Source: Squalus acanthias (lineage: Eukaryota). From it: 64,000 nucleotides of DNA. Shown in pieces: positions 48,698-62,224 of this stretch (within the stretch, counting starts at the first letter, position 1; the number at the start of each line of letters is the position of its first letter). The DNA lies in contig CM059431.1 in NCBI GenBank assembly GCA_030390025.1, positions 102,364,001 through 102,428,000 on the forward strand, in the 5' to 3' direction. Made by a program: the position numbers and the translations under genes. The notes under the pieces were generated by a model. It saw only the letters and a program-made list of their open reading frames with translations, was not told the DNA's origin and did not search any database.

Positions 48698-49135
48698 AAC
48701 TTGCATTTCTATAGCGCCTTTCACGACCTTGGGGCTTCCCAAAGCGCTTTACAGCTAATGAAGTGTAGTCACTGTTGTAATGTGGGAAACATGGCAGCCA
48801 ATTTGTGCACAGCAAGCTCCCACAAACAACGATGTGATAATGACCGGATAATCTGTTTTAGTGATGATGATTGAGGGATAAATATTGGTCAAGACACCGG
48901 GGAGAACTCCCCTACTCTTCTTCGAAATAGTGCCATGGGATCTTTTACGTCCACCTGAGGGGGCAGACGTCTCTCTCTTGGTTTAACGTCTCATCCGAAA
49001 GACGGCACCTCCGACAGTGCAGCACTCCCTCAGCACTGCACTGGGAGCGTCTGCCGAGAATTGGTGCTCGAGTCTCTGGAGTGGGACTCGAACCCACGAC
49101 CTTCTGGCTCAGAGGCGAGTGTGCTGCCCACTGAG
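48698..49135 (-). mobile_element. DeuSINE
   Basis: Similarity to other copies. Confidence 0.85.
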
Positions 49136-50612
49136 GGAGCAAACTGAACTGAGTTCCTGTCCTAAAGTGGATGGAATCATGATCATTAAAATTAGCGAGG
49201 AAGCCTTGGTAAAGGGCCAAGAGCCACAGCACGGGGGAACAGCAAGAGTGAGAGCAGCTGGAGAGAAGATGTGGTAAATCGGGAAGGAGTGATTAGGTAA
49301 ATGCCTAGCTTGGTTTTTAAGGGTCTACAGCAGATAGTCGGAATGAAAAAGACTGATGTAGATAAAGCGTTAACATAGAAACATAGAAGATAGGAGCAGG
49401 AGGCGGCCATTCGGCCCCTCGAGCCTGTTCCGCCATTTAATGAGATTATGGCTGATTAAAGGGCATAGCGAAGGGGGAAAATAATGAACAAAAAACTGAG
49501 GAAGAGTTCAATAGGGCGTTTAAGAAAATAGTTTTGAGAAATTACAATTCTGCACTCATGCAACGTGCAGAGCGGGAGAAGTGGTCAAGGTAAGGAACAG
49601 GAAGACAAGCTGTGTGCAAGGGGAAGCCCAACCTCTTGCACATTCTACCTCTTATTTATACTGCACGCATGTACTGTCCCATCACGGTTATAAAACGCCA
49701 AGGGCAGATCGCGTCGTTATGCAGAACAAGTCGTGGGAACTTCAGGGCTGAAAATGCAGCTGAGCGCAGGGTAACGGTGATCCTCCCACCTGGATTGCTG
49801 TTCAGAGACTGCGAGTGTAAGCCCCATGATGCCAACAAGCTTCCCCCCACCCCACCCCACCCCACCCCAAAAAAAATACCTCTTACCTGTCTCAAATGCT
49901 AAAATGGGAATAATAGCCTCAAGAAATATGACCCTGTCTAAATCGTGTTGTGTGTTTGGTTTCCACTCACTCAATCCCTTTTTCTTAGCAGACGCTGCTA
50001 TATGGGTTCTGGAATGTCAACACAGTCGATAGTCCCTCATAACCGCAGTCAAACATTGTGCTTCAGAATTTGAATCGGTTACGAGTTCTCAGTGGAGTGC
50101 CAACGGTGTGGAGTTATTTACTCCAATTGTATCTAGATTGTCTCGTTGTGCTTATCCCTCTTCCGATTGCAGCTGCCCACCTCGGGGAAATGGGAGATCC
50201 GCAAACAGGAGGGTAAAATAAGCACCTGTTAAGAGTTGTAGGAGTCGTCGGATGAGTAATTCAATACCTTCCCCAACCATCCCCCACCCCACCCACCCCC
50301 AATGCACAAAGTGACTGAGGATAGGTCTCTGTATAAATACCACGAGGTCACAGGTCACTATCCTACCCAAAATAGAGTACAATGTAGGGATTCCTTGGTT
50401 GGTTGGGCAAGTATGTTCATATCTTGCTGGGTGGCCCATGCACACGTTGCCCTCACTTTGACTGTCTAAATCTTGTACTTCACCCAACTGTCCCAGTTAT
50501 TTACCAGAATGAAAGAAAGACTTGCATTTCTATAGCGCCTTTCACGACCACCGGACGTCCCAAAGCGCTTTACAGCCAATGAAGTACTTTTGAAGTGGAG
50601 TCACTGTTGTAC

Positions 50613-51056
50613 TGTACCAGGGTTGAGGGGTTTCAGTTATGTGGAGAGACTAGAGAAGTTGGGATTGTTCTCCTTAGAGCGGAGAAGGTTAAGGGGAGAT
50701 TTAACGGAGGTGTTCAAAATTATGAAGGGTTTTGATAGAGTAAATAAGGAGAAACTGTTTCCGCTGACAAGGAGGGTCGGTAACCAGAGGACACAGATTT
50801 AAGATATTTGGCAAAAGAACCAGAGGGGGCGATGAGGAGAAAATGTTTTTCTGTGAGTTGTGATCTGGAATGCGCTGCCTGAAAGGGCGGTGGAAGCAGA
50901 TTCAATAGTAACTTTCAAAAGGGAATTGGATATAGATTTGAAAAGGAAAAATGTTATAGCGCTGTGGGGAAAGAGCAGGGGGGAGTGGGACTAACTGGAT
51001 CGCTCCTTCAGAGAGCCAGCACAGGTGCGATGGGCCGAATGGCCTCCTTCTGTGCG
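50613..51056 (+). mobile_element. CR1 3' fragment
   Basis: VPGLRGFSYVERLEKLGLFSLERRRLRGDL; tail resumes (ctgtatgattctatg) at ~51268. Confidence 0.85.
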
Positions 51057-51267
51057 ACCAGCAAATTTGCCTCCACTGTCCTATAAACCAGGTGGGCACC
51101 AATTCGGAAATTGGAGAGCTCGCCTTCTCTCTCTCTCTCTCTCTTTTTTCTCAAATCAGCGTCCAATGGGACAGCAGGAAAGTGGAGGCAAAGAATAGTA
51201 TAAATGTGAGAGTGTGATGCACAGAAGACAGTTTGGTGACATTCGCCAACAGACAAAATACAAGACA
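51057..51267. repeat. Unclassified structured module in a CR1 3' tail (copy 2)
   Basis: Homologous to 27974-28159 with the same junction position. Confidence 0.75.
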
Positions 51268-51820
51268 CTGTATGATTCTATGATAGGGGTGAAGAGACAG
51301 GCAGCTGGGACCGCTCTCATGCACATTCGAGCATCAGACGGTGCCCTTGGAGAAGACCGACTACCTCGACTCGGTGAAAACGGTGCATGAGAGGTAGCAC
51401 TGGTTTAAATGAGAAGCCAGCATTTTGCAGATGAATGCTCTGACGTGTCAGTAAATTAGTCTGACTGGAAGCAATGACTTGCATTTATACAGCGCTCCCA
51501 AGGCTCTAATTCAATCAGGTGGAAATAAAAGATCCCACGGCATTATTTCGAAGAAGAGCAGGGGAGGTCGCCCCAGTGTCTTGGGCCAATATTTCTCCCA
51601 CGACCAACATCACCAAAACAAAAAACCCCAGATTATCCGGTCATTATCACGTTGCTGTTTGTGGGAGCTTGCTGTGCACAAATTGGCTGCTGCGTTTCCC
51701 ACATTACAACAGTGACTACACTTCAAAAAAAATTACTTAATTGGCTGTAAAGCGCTTTGAGACGTGAAAGGCGCTATATAAAGGCAAGTCTTTCTTTCTT
51801 TCGATCAATACAGACACGAG

Positions 51821-53603
51821 GGGCTGGATTTTACCAACCTCGGCGGGTCCAGGGTGGGCGACGTCCCTGGCAAGTCCCGACCCCGTAGCTGTGTCGATCC
51901 GGGCCTCCGACATGATTTTGCCCTGATTGGACCTGTTACGGCCGCCCTGCGAGGTTCCCGGCCAATTAAAAGGAAGCGGGTCTGATGACATCATCTGATG
52001 ACGCGTCATCAGCCGGTTTCCTTAAAGGGACCACGGCCACATTCATTTTGACAGTTGTGCTGTCAGTGTTCTGCAGCATTGAGGCGGCTGCAAACACTGA
52101 CAAGCACTGCACAGAGGTGCAGGGCTGCACCCAAGCTCTCCCATGTGAAGGGATATGAAGCATATGGAGGGAGTCACAGCACACAGGGAGGTTCTCTTCC
52201 CTTCCCATAGACGGAAGAGACCTCCCCAGGAGACCAACGCAGCCTGGTTGCACATTGCACAGGAGGACACAAGCAAGGATGTGGTCAGGAGGACCAGGCT
52301 GCAGTGGCGCAAACCTTTCAATGATCTCAGTGGATCACAAAACGTTACTGCAAAGCCACACTCAACCTCATCCTGCTGTGCCACTCATCACATCCCCATC
52401 ACTCTGCCTTCCCTACCCTACCCTTGCACATCCTTACTCACACCAACTTACCTTGCACCTCCACCCATCCCTCTCTATCGACATTATCACTTCCCCATCT
52501 CACTAGCCACCCCTCACACTCACCCTCATCCTTGTCCAATCATACCAACTAACAACACACAAGGGTAGGTACTTGGGTGTTTTAGCCAATGTTCATGTAA
52601 AGTTTCTGTTAATGTGGTGTCAAACATTGAAATAATTATTTTCAACACTTTCCGTTCTTGGACAGATCTGGTGCACCTTTGGAAGTGGCTTAGTGAGTTG
52701 CAGTGAATGGTGAGACATAATGGTACCCCCCGCAATAGTGATGAGTGTGAAAGGAATGGCTTGGGCATTGCAGGGATGCTTTATGGTGTTGGTGTGGGGT
52801 GGTGCCAACCTAGCGCATCATGTGGCAGCCAGGGTGTACAGCGTCAAGTGAAGTAAATGTGGCCATGGTGAGGCCATCCCTGGCCTCCCGGGCAGCAATG
52901 TGCTCGGGTGCTGATGCCCTGTGTCCTGTGCAGCATCAGGTGATTGTGGAGAAGGTTGGTGTTGTTGTTGGTGCTGCTGGTGTACCTGGTGCTGCTGGTG
53001 TTGGGGCTGATCGTGGTGGGTTTCTGAGGACCAAGGTGAGAATTTTGAAGGGCACCGATGGTGATGGAATAGATGGCAGGTGAAGTTGAGATGAAAGAAG
53101 CGATCTGTCAATGGTGAGAGAGGTTACTCCAAGGAGGTGACACTGGATAGAGAGTTTGCTCCAAACACACCAAACCTCCATAAAGCTGAAAAGTGTATTC
53201 CAAATCCTGAAGGCTCCAGCCTCTAAGATTGGAAATTGAACAGCTGTGAAATGGTAGCTTTTATACCACTTTTGCAGCTGTCAACTATTCACAGCAATGG
53301 AGAGTCATAGAGAACCCGACACACTTACCTGACGTGATCCCCGAGCGCCGGGAACCTCGTAACAAACATGGAAAAATCGTCAGGACCTGGTAAAATGCTG
53401 CTTTAATACCTTTAAGCAGCTTCTTAAGTATCTCAGTTGCCTGACCCGCCACTTAGTGCCGGGTCTGCAAACCGCAGGCAGAGCCAGCACTTGGAAAATT
53501 AACAAGGAGGCGGGCTCAGAGCGGACTTCCGCCCCGCTGTCAATCACTGCCACTTTGACAGCAGACACGCCTCCAAACTCGCAGCGCCGGTAAGATTCCG
53601 GCC
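51821..53603. mobile_element. PIF/Harbinger-like DNA transposon remnant with decayed Myb/SANT-like ORF (~52155-52330, +)
   Basis: Imperfect TIR gggctggattttacc / ggtaagattccggcc flanked by GAG on both sides; peptide REVLFP...AAWLHIAQE......RTRLQWRKPFNDL resembles the trihelix Myb/SANT partner protein. Confidence 0.65.
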
Positions 53604-54394
53604 GAGGTGTCCATTAATTGTTGGAAGTTATTGCAGATTTATATATTTGAGTAGAATACATTTCATAAATTTGCCACAGACTCGAAACTCCTGCAATACT
53701 CCTTTAAGTAAATATACAGAAGCATGTATCAAAACAGACTCTCTCCTCTTCCTCCCCTGGTACCAATTTTCCTCCCATTTCTCCCAAGACATCTCTCAGC
53801 TGCATTAAACCACGTTGTATGGAGAATTTTAAGTTCAGTTAATTAAATAAATCTGGAATTAAAAGCTAGTATCAGTAATGGTGACCATGAAACTACCGGA
53901 TTGTCGCAAAAACCCATCTGGTTCACTAATGTCCTTTAGGGAAGGCAATCTGCCGCCCTTACCCGGTCTGGCCTATATGTGACTCCAGACCCACAGCAAT
54001 GTGGTTGACTCTAAACTGCCCTCTGACATGGCCCAGCAAATCACTCAGTTGTCAAGAAGGTGGCTCACCACCACTTTCTCAAGGGAAATTAGGGATGGGC
54101 AATAAATGCTGGCTTTGCCAGCGACGCCCACATCCCATGAATGAATTTAAAAAAAAAAAAGTCAGCAACAGGCCACTTTTGTACTTCAAATGAAGAAAAA
54201 TATCACATGACAAGTTGGCCAAGGTTTCTGGTAATAAAAGCTTCGGCTCATAACTTGTTTATTATCTGCTAAATGTAATAAATAACAAACATTTCAGTGT
54301 TTTATGCTGAAATAGGAATCTCAAACTTAGCAATTTTTATTAGCTCTTCAAGAAGCAGAGTTTGTGATTGAAGAAGGAACAAATAATGGATCCG

Positions 54395-54575
54395 CTGTAG
54401 CTCAGGTGAGTAACGCACCGTCTGCGATGGTGCAAAACTATACAGAGCAGGAAGGCTCCAGACTGGATCCTGGTCTGTGCCAAGTGAGCTGATCGAGCTT
54501 AGGGTGGCAGTAAGTCAACACAATTGGCCTCAACACCCCTGGAGTACTGAAAGGGGACTCTGGATTCGCTGACCT
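54395..54575 (+). mobile_element. Ancient LF-SINE-like fragment
   Basis: cctggtctgtgc...gagctgatc...acaattggcctca.cacccctgg resembles the recalled LFSINE_Vert consensus. Confidence 0.55.
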
Positions 54576-54581
54576 GACAAT

Positions 54582-55140
54582 GGAACATAGGAACAGGAGG
54601 AGGCCATTGAGCCCCTCGCGCCTGTTCCACCATTCAACGAGATCATGGCTGATCTGCAATCTAACTCCATCTACCCGCCTTTGGCCCGTATCCCTTAATA
54701 CCTTTGGTTAACAAAAATCTATCAACCTCAGATTTAAAATTAACAATTGATCGAGCATCAATTGCCGTTTGCGGAAGAGAATTCCAAACTTCTACCACCC
54801 TTTGTGTGTAGAAGTGTTTCCTAATTTCACACCTGAACGGTCTGGCTCTAATTTTTAGACTATGTCCCCTAGTCCTAGACCAGCGGAAATAGTTTCTCTC
54901 TATCTACCCCATCTGTTCCCCTTAATATCCTGAAAACTTCGATCAAATCACCCCTTAACCTTCTAAATTCCAGGGAATACAACCCTAATTTGTGTAATCT
55001 CTCCTCGTAATTTAACCCTTGGAGTCCGGGTATCATTCTGGTAAATCTACGCTGCACTCCCTCCAAAGCCTTCCTAAGGTGCGATGCCCAGAACTGCTCA
55101 CAGTACTCCAGGTGTGGTCTAACCAGGGCTTTGTACAGCA
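54582..55140 (-). mobile_element. CR1 3' fragment
   Basis: LYKALVRPHLEYCEQFW...; same subfamily as 33813-34412. Confidence 0.9.
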
Positions 55141-55462
55141 CTATCCCTTGACCCTTGCTGGGAAGTAGACATGTATGGACACTGGGGGGGAAGGTGCAAT
55201 CCCAGTTGGTTTGTGATTGCCACCACTTTCACGCTGGTCAAAGAGCCCAGCAGAGTTCACAACTGAGGAATCGTTACCTGGGTGATGTGGCACAGGTGCT
55301 ACATCTACCTGTGGAACCGTATCACAGAAGAAGAGTGGAGTAGGAGAATTGTGAACTTTTTACAGTAATGCTATGGACATTAGATTCACTCTGGGTTTCG
55401 GTTACTATCAAATGTCAAAACTTTTGCTTTTCTCAAAAGCCGCTAACTCATAATCTGTGAAT

Positions 55463-56122
55463 AAACAACAACAACTTGCATTTATATAGCGCCTTTAACG
55501 TAGTAAAACTTCCCGAGGCTCTTCACAGGAGTGTTATCAAATAAAATTTGACACAGGGCCACATAAGAACATAAGAAATAAGAACAGGAGTCGGCCATTT
55601 GGCCTTTCGAGCCTGCTCCGCCATTCAATAAGATCATGGCTGATCTTCTACCTCAACTCCACTTTCCTGCGCTATCCCCATATCCCTTGATTCCCTTAGT
55701 ATCCAAAAATCTATCGATCTCAGTCTTGAATATACTCAACGACTGAGCATCCACAGCCCTCTGGGGTAGAGAATTCCAAACATATGGAGATATTAGGACA
55801 GGTGGCCAAAGGCTTGGTCAAAGAGGCAGGTTTTAAGGAGCGACTTAAAGGAGGAGAGAGAGGTGGAGAGGTTTAGGGAGGGAATTCCAGAGCTTAGGGC
55901 CCCGGCAGCTGAAGGCACGGCCGCCAAATGGTGGAGTGATGAAAATTGGGGGATGCGCAAGAGGCCAGAATTGGAGGAGCGCAGAGATCTCAGCAACAAC
56001 AACTTGCATTTATATAGCACCTTTAATGTCCCAAGGCACTTCACAGGAGCGATTATCAAACGGAATTTGTCACTGAGCCACATAAAGAGATATTAGGACA
56101 GGTGACCAAAAGCTTGGTCAAA
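55463..56122 (-). mobile_element. L2-like 3' ends with a nested CR1 tail (55561-55780)
   Basis: (caa)n tails, L2 motif and (taagaaca)n CR1 tail. Confidence 0.75.
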
Positions 56123-56679
56123 GCGTTGGGATTTAAAGTTGACGATTATCCAATATAAAAAACAAAACTAAGGACAACACAATTTGGCCGTATGTTTTTC
56201 CCCCTCTAAGTCACCACAGATCATAGGTCCTAAGAAACAAATTAGTATAGTCCTCTTCAAGGATTGTAGGACTCCATTTTTGCCACTAATTTCTCCTTCT
56301 CTTGAGGCCCTTCATTCTGTTAACGGTTTCCAGTTTATTTGGTGTCACCACTGGGAAATGTGCAAAGCAGTTCAGGACTAAAGTCCTTCCTTTACACAGA
56401 ATTACATAGAATATACAGCACAGAAACAGGCCATTCGGCCCAACCAGTCCATGCTCCACTTGAACCTCCTCCCATTCTTCCTCATCTAACTCTATCAGCA
56501 TAACCCTCTATTCCCTTCTCTCTCGTATGCTTATCAAGCTTCCCCTTAAATGCATCTGTATTATATACACCCTTCCCTTAAAAAAAAAGCATTCATTCAG
56601 TTTGCCTCTAGTCTTTCTAGATCATGCGCCATTCCTCGGTGAAGAGGATGGGAGGTTGATTGCTTCAGTGCCTCTTTCA

Positions 56680-57180
56680 ATACTCTCCACTTGCCTGGAT
56701 GAGTGCAGCTCCAACAACACTCAAGAAGCTCGACACCATCCAGGACAAAGCAGCCCGCTTGATTGGCACCCCATCCACCACCTTAAACATTCACTCCCTC
56801 CACCATCGGCGTACCGTGGCTGCAGTGTGTACCATCTACAAGATGCACTGCAGCAACTCGCCAAGGCTTCTTCAGCAGCACCTCCCAAACCCGCGACCTC
56901 TTCCACCTAGAAGGACAAGGGCAGCAGGCGCATGGGAACACCACCACCTCCAAGTTCCCCTCCAAGTCACACACCATCCTGACTTGGAAGTATATCGCCG
57001 ATCCTTCATCATCGCTGGGTTAAAATCCTGGAACTCTCTCCCTAACAGCACTGTGGGAGTACCCTAACCACATGGACTGCAGCGGTTCAAGAAGGTGGCT
57101 CACCACCACCTTCTCAAGGATAACTAGGGATGGGCAATAAATGCTGGCCTTGCCAGCGACGCCCACATCCCATAAAAAAA
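56680..57180 (+). mobile_element. CR1-type (second family) 3' end
   Basis: YSPLAWMSAAPTTLKKLDTIQDKAARLIG...WNSLPNS. Confidence 0.88.
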
Positions 57181-57489
57181 CGTGAACCAGCTGATAGGAC
57201 ACAAGCAGGAGCAGACATTTCCCTCCGATCCCTCTCTCTCTGAGGAGGTTCTTAGCTCTACACTGTGCCTCGACAGCACAGTTGAGATCAGGACCTCACA
57301 GGGAACTGTGAGCAAGAACTTTTATATCACCCACACCTCAACACCAGAGAATTCTTAACATGCTGTGTCAACCGATTTTTAAGAAGAAATGCTATTGCAC
57401 ATTTTTACAATTATATACTGCGCTCACAAAGTTTTAATTACTAACCCCTTTCCCCGGAGAGGGTAAATAAAGGCACTGCCCCTTCTCGC

Positions 57490-57840
57490 ACACAGCCATA
57501 TTGATAAACAGTCCCAGGTTCAATTCCTGATCTGTTTGAATTAGTTAGTATCAGTCAAGTAGCACTTCGAATACGACAATTCCCCTCAGTACCCCTGGGC
57601 TAGAGAGAGGTGGTGGAGGGTGGAATTAACCAGATAAATCCTCATCGTTATCCAAAGGCGCCAGCTGGAAAGGTGTGTTTGTGGGCATTGGATAAAGATT
57701 AAATTGCCTTAGCTGTGATGCCTTCATAGCCAAATTTCCTCCCGAAACGCAAATGTCTAGGTTCACACGTGAAAGTGGTCACTTGGGCAAGATAGCAGAA
57801 GGAGGCTGCACCTCAGCAAGAGTCAGCACCACCAGGAGAG
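57490..57840 (+). mobile_element. Ancient LF-SINE-like copy
   Basis: cccaggttcaattcctg...cctcagtacccctggg...gctggaaag...gctgtgatgcc...tgtctaggttcacac.tgaa...tggtcacttgggc. Confidence 0.55.
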
Positions 57841-57897
57841 AAAATCTGAGTTAAAACAATTTGAATTGCCCGTTTAGTAATTGATTAGCTTGTGCAG

Positions 57898-58515
57898 TCA
57901 ACAACAACTTGCATTTATATAGCGCCTTTAACATAGTAAAACGTCCCACGGCGCTGCACAGGAGCGATTATCAAACAAAATTTGACACCGAGCCACATAA
58001 GGAGATATTAGGACAGGTGACCAAAAGCTTGGTCAAAGAGGCCAGTTTTAAGGAACATCTTAAAAGGAGGAGAGAGAGGCGGAGAGGTTGAGGGAGGGAA
58101 TTCCAGAGCTTAGGGTCTAGACAACTGAAGGCACGGCCGCCAATGGTGGAGTGAAAATCGGGGATGAGCAAGAGCCCAGAATTGGAGGAGCGCCGAGATC
58201 TGGGAGGGTCGTAGACAATGTTCCCTCTAAGCTGTGCGGCTACACAGTAATGGGAAAGGTCCCGCGCCCAGGCCGCTCAGCGGCTTTTCCCATTGTAGGT
58301 ATCGCGCATGCGCAGAAATTTAAAGGGGCCGCGCAGTAAAAGAAACAGGCCGCGCAGAACGAAGCGCGGCTCACAGGGAGCTACTGGTTGTCGAGCTGGA
58401 GGAGGTCACAGAGATAGGGAGGGGCGAGACCGTGGAGGGATTTGAAAACAAGGATGAGCATTTTAGAAACTGAGGCGTTGTTGGACCGGGAGCCAATGTA
58501 GGTCAGCGAGCACAG
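57898..58515 (-). mobile_element. L2-like 3' end with nested hAT MITE (58216-58386)
   Basis: L2 motif; MITE starts caatgttccct with degenerate TSD gtcgtaga/gttgtcga. Confidence 0.75.
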
Positions 58516-58621
58516 TGGACTGGATGTGCACATGCAGCAGCATGTACCTGGATTCTATGCTGCAATTTCTATATAATATTGTGCATGAAGCTGATTTGAT
58601 CATTACCATTCCGACTTTAAC

Positions 58622-59318
58622 AGAAGAAACAGGAGCAGGAGTCGGCCAATCAGCCCCTCGAGCCTGCTCCGCCATTCAATAAGATTATGGCTGATCCAAT
58701 CTTGGCCTCAACACCACTTTCCCGCTCTCTCCCCATAACCCTTGACTCCCTTGTAGTTCAAATGTCCGTCAATCTCCGCCTTGAATATATTCAATGACTC
58801 CGCCTCCACAGCTCTCTGGGGTAGAGAATTCCAAAGATTCACGACCCTCTGAGAGAAGAAATTCCTCCTCATCTCCGTTTTAAATGGGCGACCCCTTATT
58901 CTGAAACGATGCCCCCTAGTTCTAGATTCCCCCACGAGGGGAAACATCCTCTCTGCATCTACCCTGTCAAGCCCCCTCAGAATCTTATATGTTACAATAA
59001 GATCACCTCTCATTCTTCTAAACTCCAATGAGTATCGGCCCAACCTGCTCAACCTTTCCTCATACGTCAACCCCTTCATCCCAGGAATCAACCGAGTGAA
59101 CCTTCTCTGCACTGCCTCCAATGCAAGTATATCCTTCCTTAAATATGGAGACCAAAACTGTACGCAATACTCCAGGTGCGGTCTCACCAGCGCCCTGTAC
59201 AGTTGCATCAAAACTTCCCTACTTTTATACTCCATACCCCTTGCAATAAAGGCCGATATTCCATTTGCCTTCCTGATTACTTGCTGTACCTGCATGCTAA
59301 CTTTTTGTGTTTCACATA
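58622..59318 (-). mobile_element. CR1 3' fragment
   Basis: QLYRALVRPHLEYCVQFWSPYLRKDI...FFSQRVVNLWNSLP. Confidence 0.92.
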
Positions 59319-59683
59319 CAGGAAACTCTTTATTAACCGGCACCGACGGGACCGGCGTGGTGCCGGTTTATCAAAAAGTCCGGATAACGGAGAGTTATAT
59401 CTACCAAGGTACGGGGAGCCCCGTACATGGCCACAGATCCAGGAGTCCCTGGTGCACGGTCACTGGTGCAGGAACCCCGGTCACATTAAATAATTTCTGC
59501 ATCTCCCTTCTTGTGACAGATCTTACAGCGATCTTACAGCGAGCATTCAGCAAAGACTTGGCCCATATAATGCTACGATCCAGTGTAGAGAGATGAAGGA
59601 AAACCCCGGTTACCTACTCAAGAATTTTGCCGGTTAAGAGAGATTTCCGGATATTTGGGTGCCGGTTAATAAAGAGTTTCCTG
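59319..59683. mobile_element. pogo/Tigger-like MITE (related to 6701-7119)
   Basis: Perfect TIR CAGGAAACTCTTTATTAACCGGCAC with flanking TA. Confidence 0.85.
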
Positions 59684-60827
59684 TACTAGGACTTTGCAGA
59701 AGAACAACAGTACGTATGTTTTTAGTCTTCTGTTTATTGCCTCGCTGAGCTGGACTGCATCCAGTGTGATGTTCATGCTCATTACAGTACAAGACACTGA
59801 GTGCACATTTAACTGAGGCACGATACCATTCCTAGACTAATGTGTCTGAATGCTCCAATTAATCGTTTCAATAATATATGACTTGGTTATTATAAGAATT
59901 AATCTGGCACAGCTCGAGATATTTTGTGAATCATAGTGCGGAACATATACACCTCCTCGGCTTGCACAGAGTCCAGCGACGTAGAATCAGAGAACGATAC
60001 AGCCCAGGAGGAGGCCATTCGTCCCATCGTGCCTGTGCCGGCTCTTTGAAAGAGCGATCCAATTAGTCCCACTCCCCCCGGGTCTGTCCCCTCGGCCCTG
60101 CAAATTTTTTCCCCCTTCAAGTGTATATCCAATTGCTTTTTTAAAGTCACTATTGAATCTGCTTCCACCGCCCTTTCAGGCAGCGCATTCCAGATCACAA
60201 CAACTCGCTGCGTAAAAAAAGAAATTGCTCCTCATCTCCCCCTCTGGTTCTTTTGCCAATTATCTTAAATGTGTCCCCTCTGGTTGCCGACCCATCTAAT
60301 CTGAGTAGATGTACCTTTGTTGTGCAGTGGAAATTATTGCCATACTTGGCATGCCAGATGCTGCCACTTGTGATCCTGATTTTTCAATCATTGCGATCTC
60401 GGTGCACAGAATCAGACACTTGATGAAGTTAAATTGACTTGTTTCCACTCTTTGGATAAGGTGACTTGGGAAAACAGCCACCTGCTTTATCGCTTTGACC
60501 CGACAGACCTTGCTGCGCATTTTCACGGTCTCCCGAGTTGATATTTCGCACTGATGAAACAGAACTACTATTGCACACATGGCTCTCAAAGAGCACCAGG
60601 GGTCAGCCAGCCAATGGAAATACAGATTATTAATTAGATTATGTGCGAGAAATAGAGATGCTCCACGGGCTGAAATTTCAAAACGGATGGATATTAACTG
60701 GTGTCCTGGGGCGGCGTCATGCCTGACCCTTGGTAAGCTGGCAAAGATTGCACCGCAATTGTTTATTTTTCCAACTTTCTTCCTTCCCCCCCGCCCACCT
60801 CTTCTCTCAAAAAGGCACAGATTCTAG

Positions 60828-61672
60828 GGGGGAGAAATTCGGTTGATTGGCGCCTCCCGTTAACGCCCTAAGAGGGCGCTAACGGGGCGCAGAGCAACTA
60901 GCGCCCGGGCACGGCGATGTTTGCGCCGCTCGCGAAATTGACCAGACATTTTGCGGCGGCGTTAAACACTCCCGCCACGATCTCCTGCACCCGCTCAGTC
61001 GACCGGACCGGATATTGAGTGGCGCCCCCCTGCCTTTCCACCTGCCGCAGGTAGAGGGGAACGTTTTGCAGTCGGGAAGGGGCTGGGGGAGCGCTATTTA
61101 AAGGCAGCCGCTTCCTGCCTTTTTTTGTCGGCGACATTTTTGCACCACCCATTCTGAGAGAGAGACAGACTTCTGGAGAGATTCAACGCTGTGAAGGAAT
61201 TTTGGGTACTGAGCAGCACTTTGCAGGTGCATTTTGATTTGACCTTCCTTGCATCGATTTAGAAGAGACTATGGGGGCTGCACTCTGAGCTCTTTCCCTG
61301 GGCCTCTCCATTGTTCTTTCCAACAGATTTGATGTACAGGTCTCTCCAGGCCGAGATTCAAGGCTGCAATGAGCAGGGTGTGGCTGGAGAGCAAGATCGA
61401 CCCTCCCCTTTAAGAACTGGCCGGCGCCATTGTGTCTGTGTTCCATTGCTAACTGACATCACCTGAGCTTCACCAGCGCTCTGAGGTAGCGCCTTGCTCC
61501 TCGGCATTAGTGCTTTAAGAGAGGTGTGTAGTGCCAGATTTAGCGCTCCAATCACCTCCAGGGGCGATATAAGCCAAGTTTGCAGTTGGAGGCGATAATT
61601 AGCGCCAGGCGCTAAACTTTGCGCCCGGCCGATAATTGCGCCCCAAACAGGGCGATACCAAATTTCTCCCCC
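60828..61672. mobile_element. Non-autonomous DNA transposon (Harbinger-like TIR)
   Basis: TIR gggggagaaatt / aatttctccccc; repeated subterminal gcgccc/gggcg motifs. Confidence 0.65.
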
Positions 61673-61692
61673 TTGTAGTTCAGCGAACACTT

Positions 61693-62111
61693 TGCCAGTC
61701 CGGCAACACCTCGATTTTAAAATTCTCATCCTTGTTTTCAAATCCTTCCCTATCTCTGTAACCTCCTGCATACCCTACAACCCTCCCAGATCTCTGCGCT
61801 CCTCCAATTTTGGCCTCTTGCGCATCCCCGATTTTAATCACCCCACCATTGGCGGCCGTGCCTTCAGCTGCCTGGGCCCTAAGCTCTAGAATTCCCTCCC
61901 TAAACCTCTCCACACCTCTCCACCTCTCTTTCCTCCTTTAAAGACGTTCCTTAAAACCTACCTCTTTGACCAAGCTTTTGGTCATCTGCCCTCATTTTCC
62001 CTTATGTGGCCCGGTGTCAAATTTTGTTTGATAATCGCTCCTGTGAAGCACCTTGGGATGTTTTGCTACATTAAAGGCGCCATATAAATGCAAGTTGTTG
62101 TTGTTGTTGTT
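61693..62111 (+). mobile_element. L2-like LINE 3' end
   Basis: PVRQHLDFKILILVFKS...GGRAFSCLGPKL and (ttg)n tail. Confidence 0.85.
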
Positions 62112-62224
62112 TGGTACCTTGCCATTCCTCATGTGAGAGTCCAGACAGGGACAGTGGGCGGGCTATTTGAGCAGAGAGCACGATAGCCAAGTCTGAATCT
62201 AACCTTAACGGATATCCACACATA

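Noticed and set aside
60296..60800. Possible upstream non-coding FARP1 exon or promoter
   Set aside because: Unique-looking, but I found no convincing splice or promoter signals.
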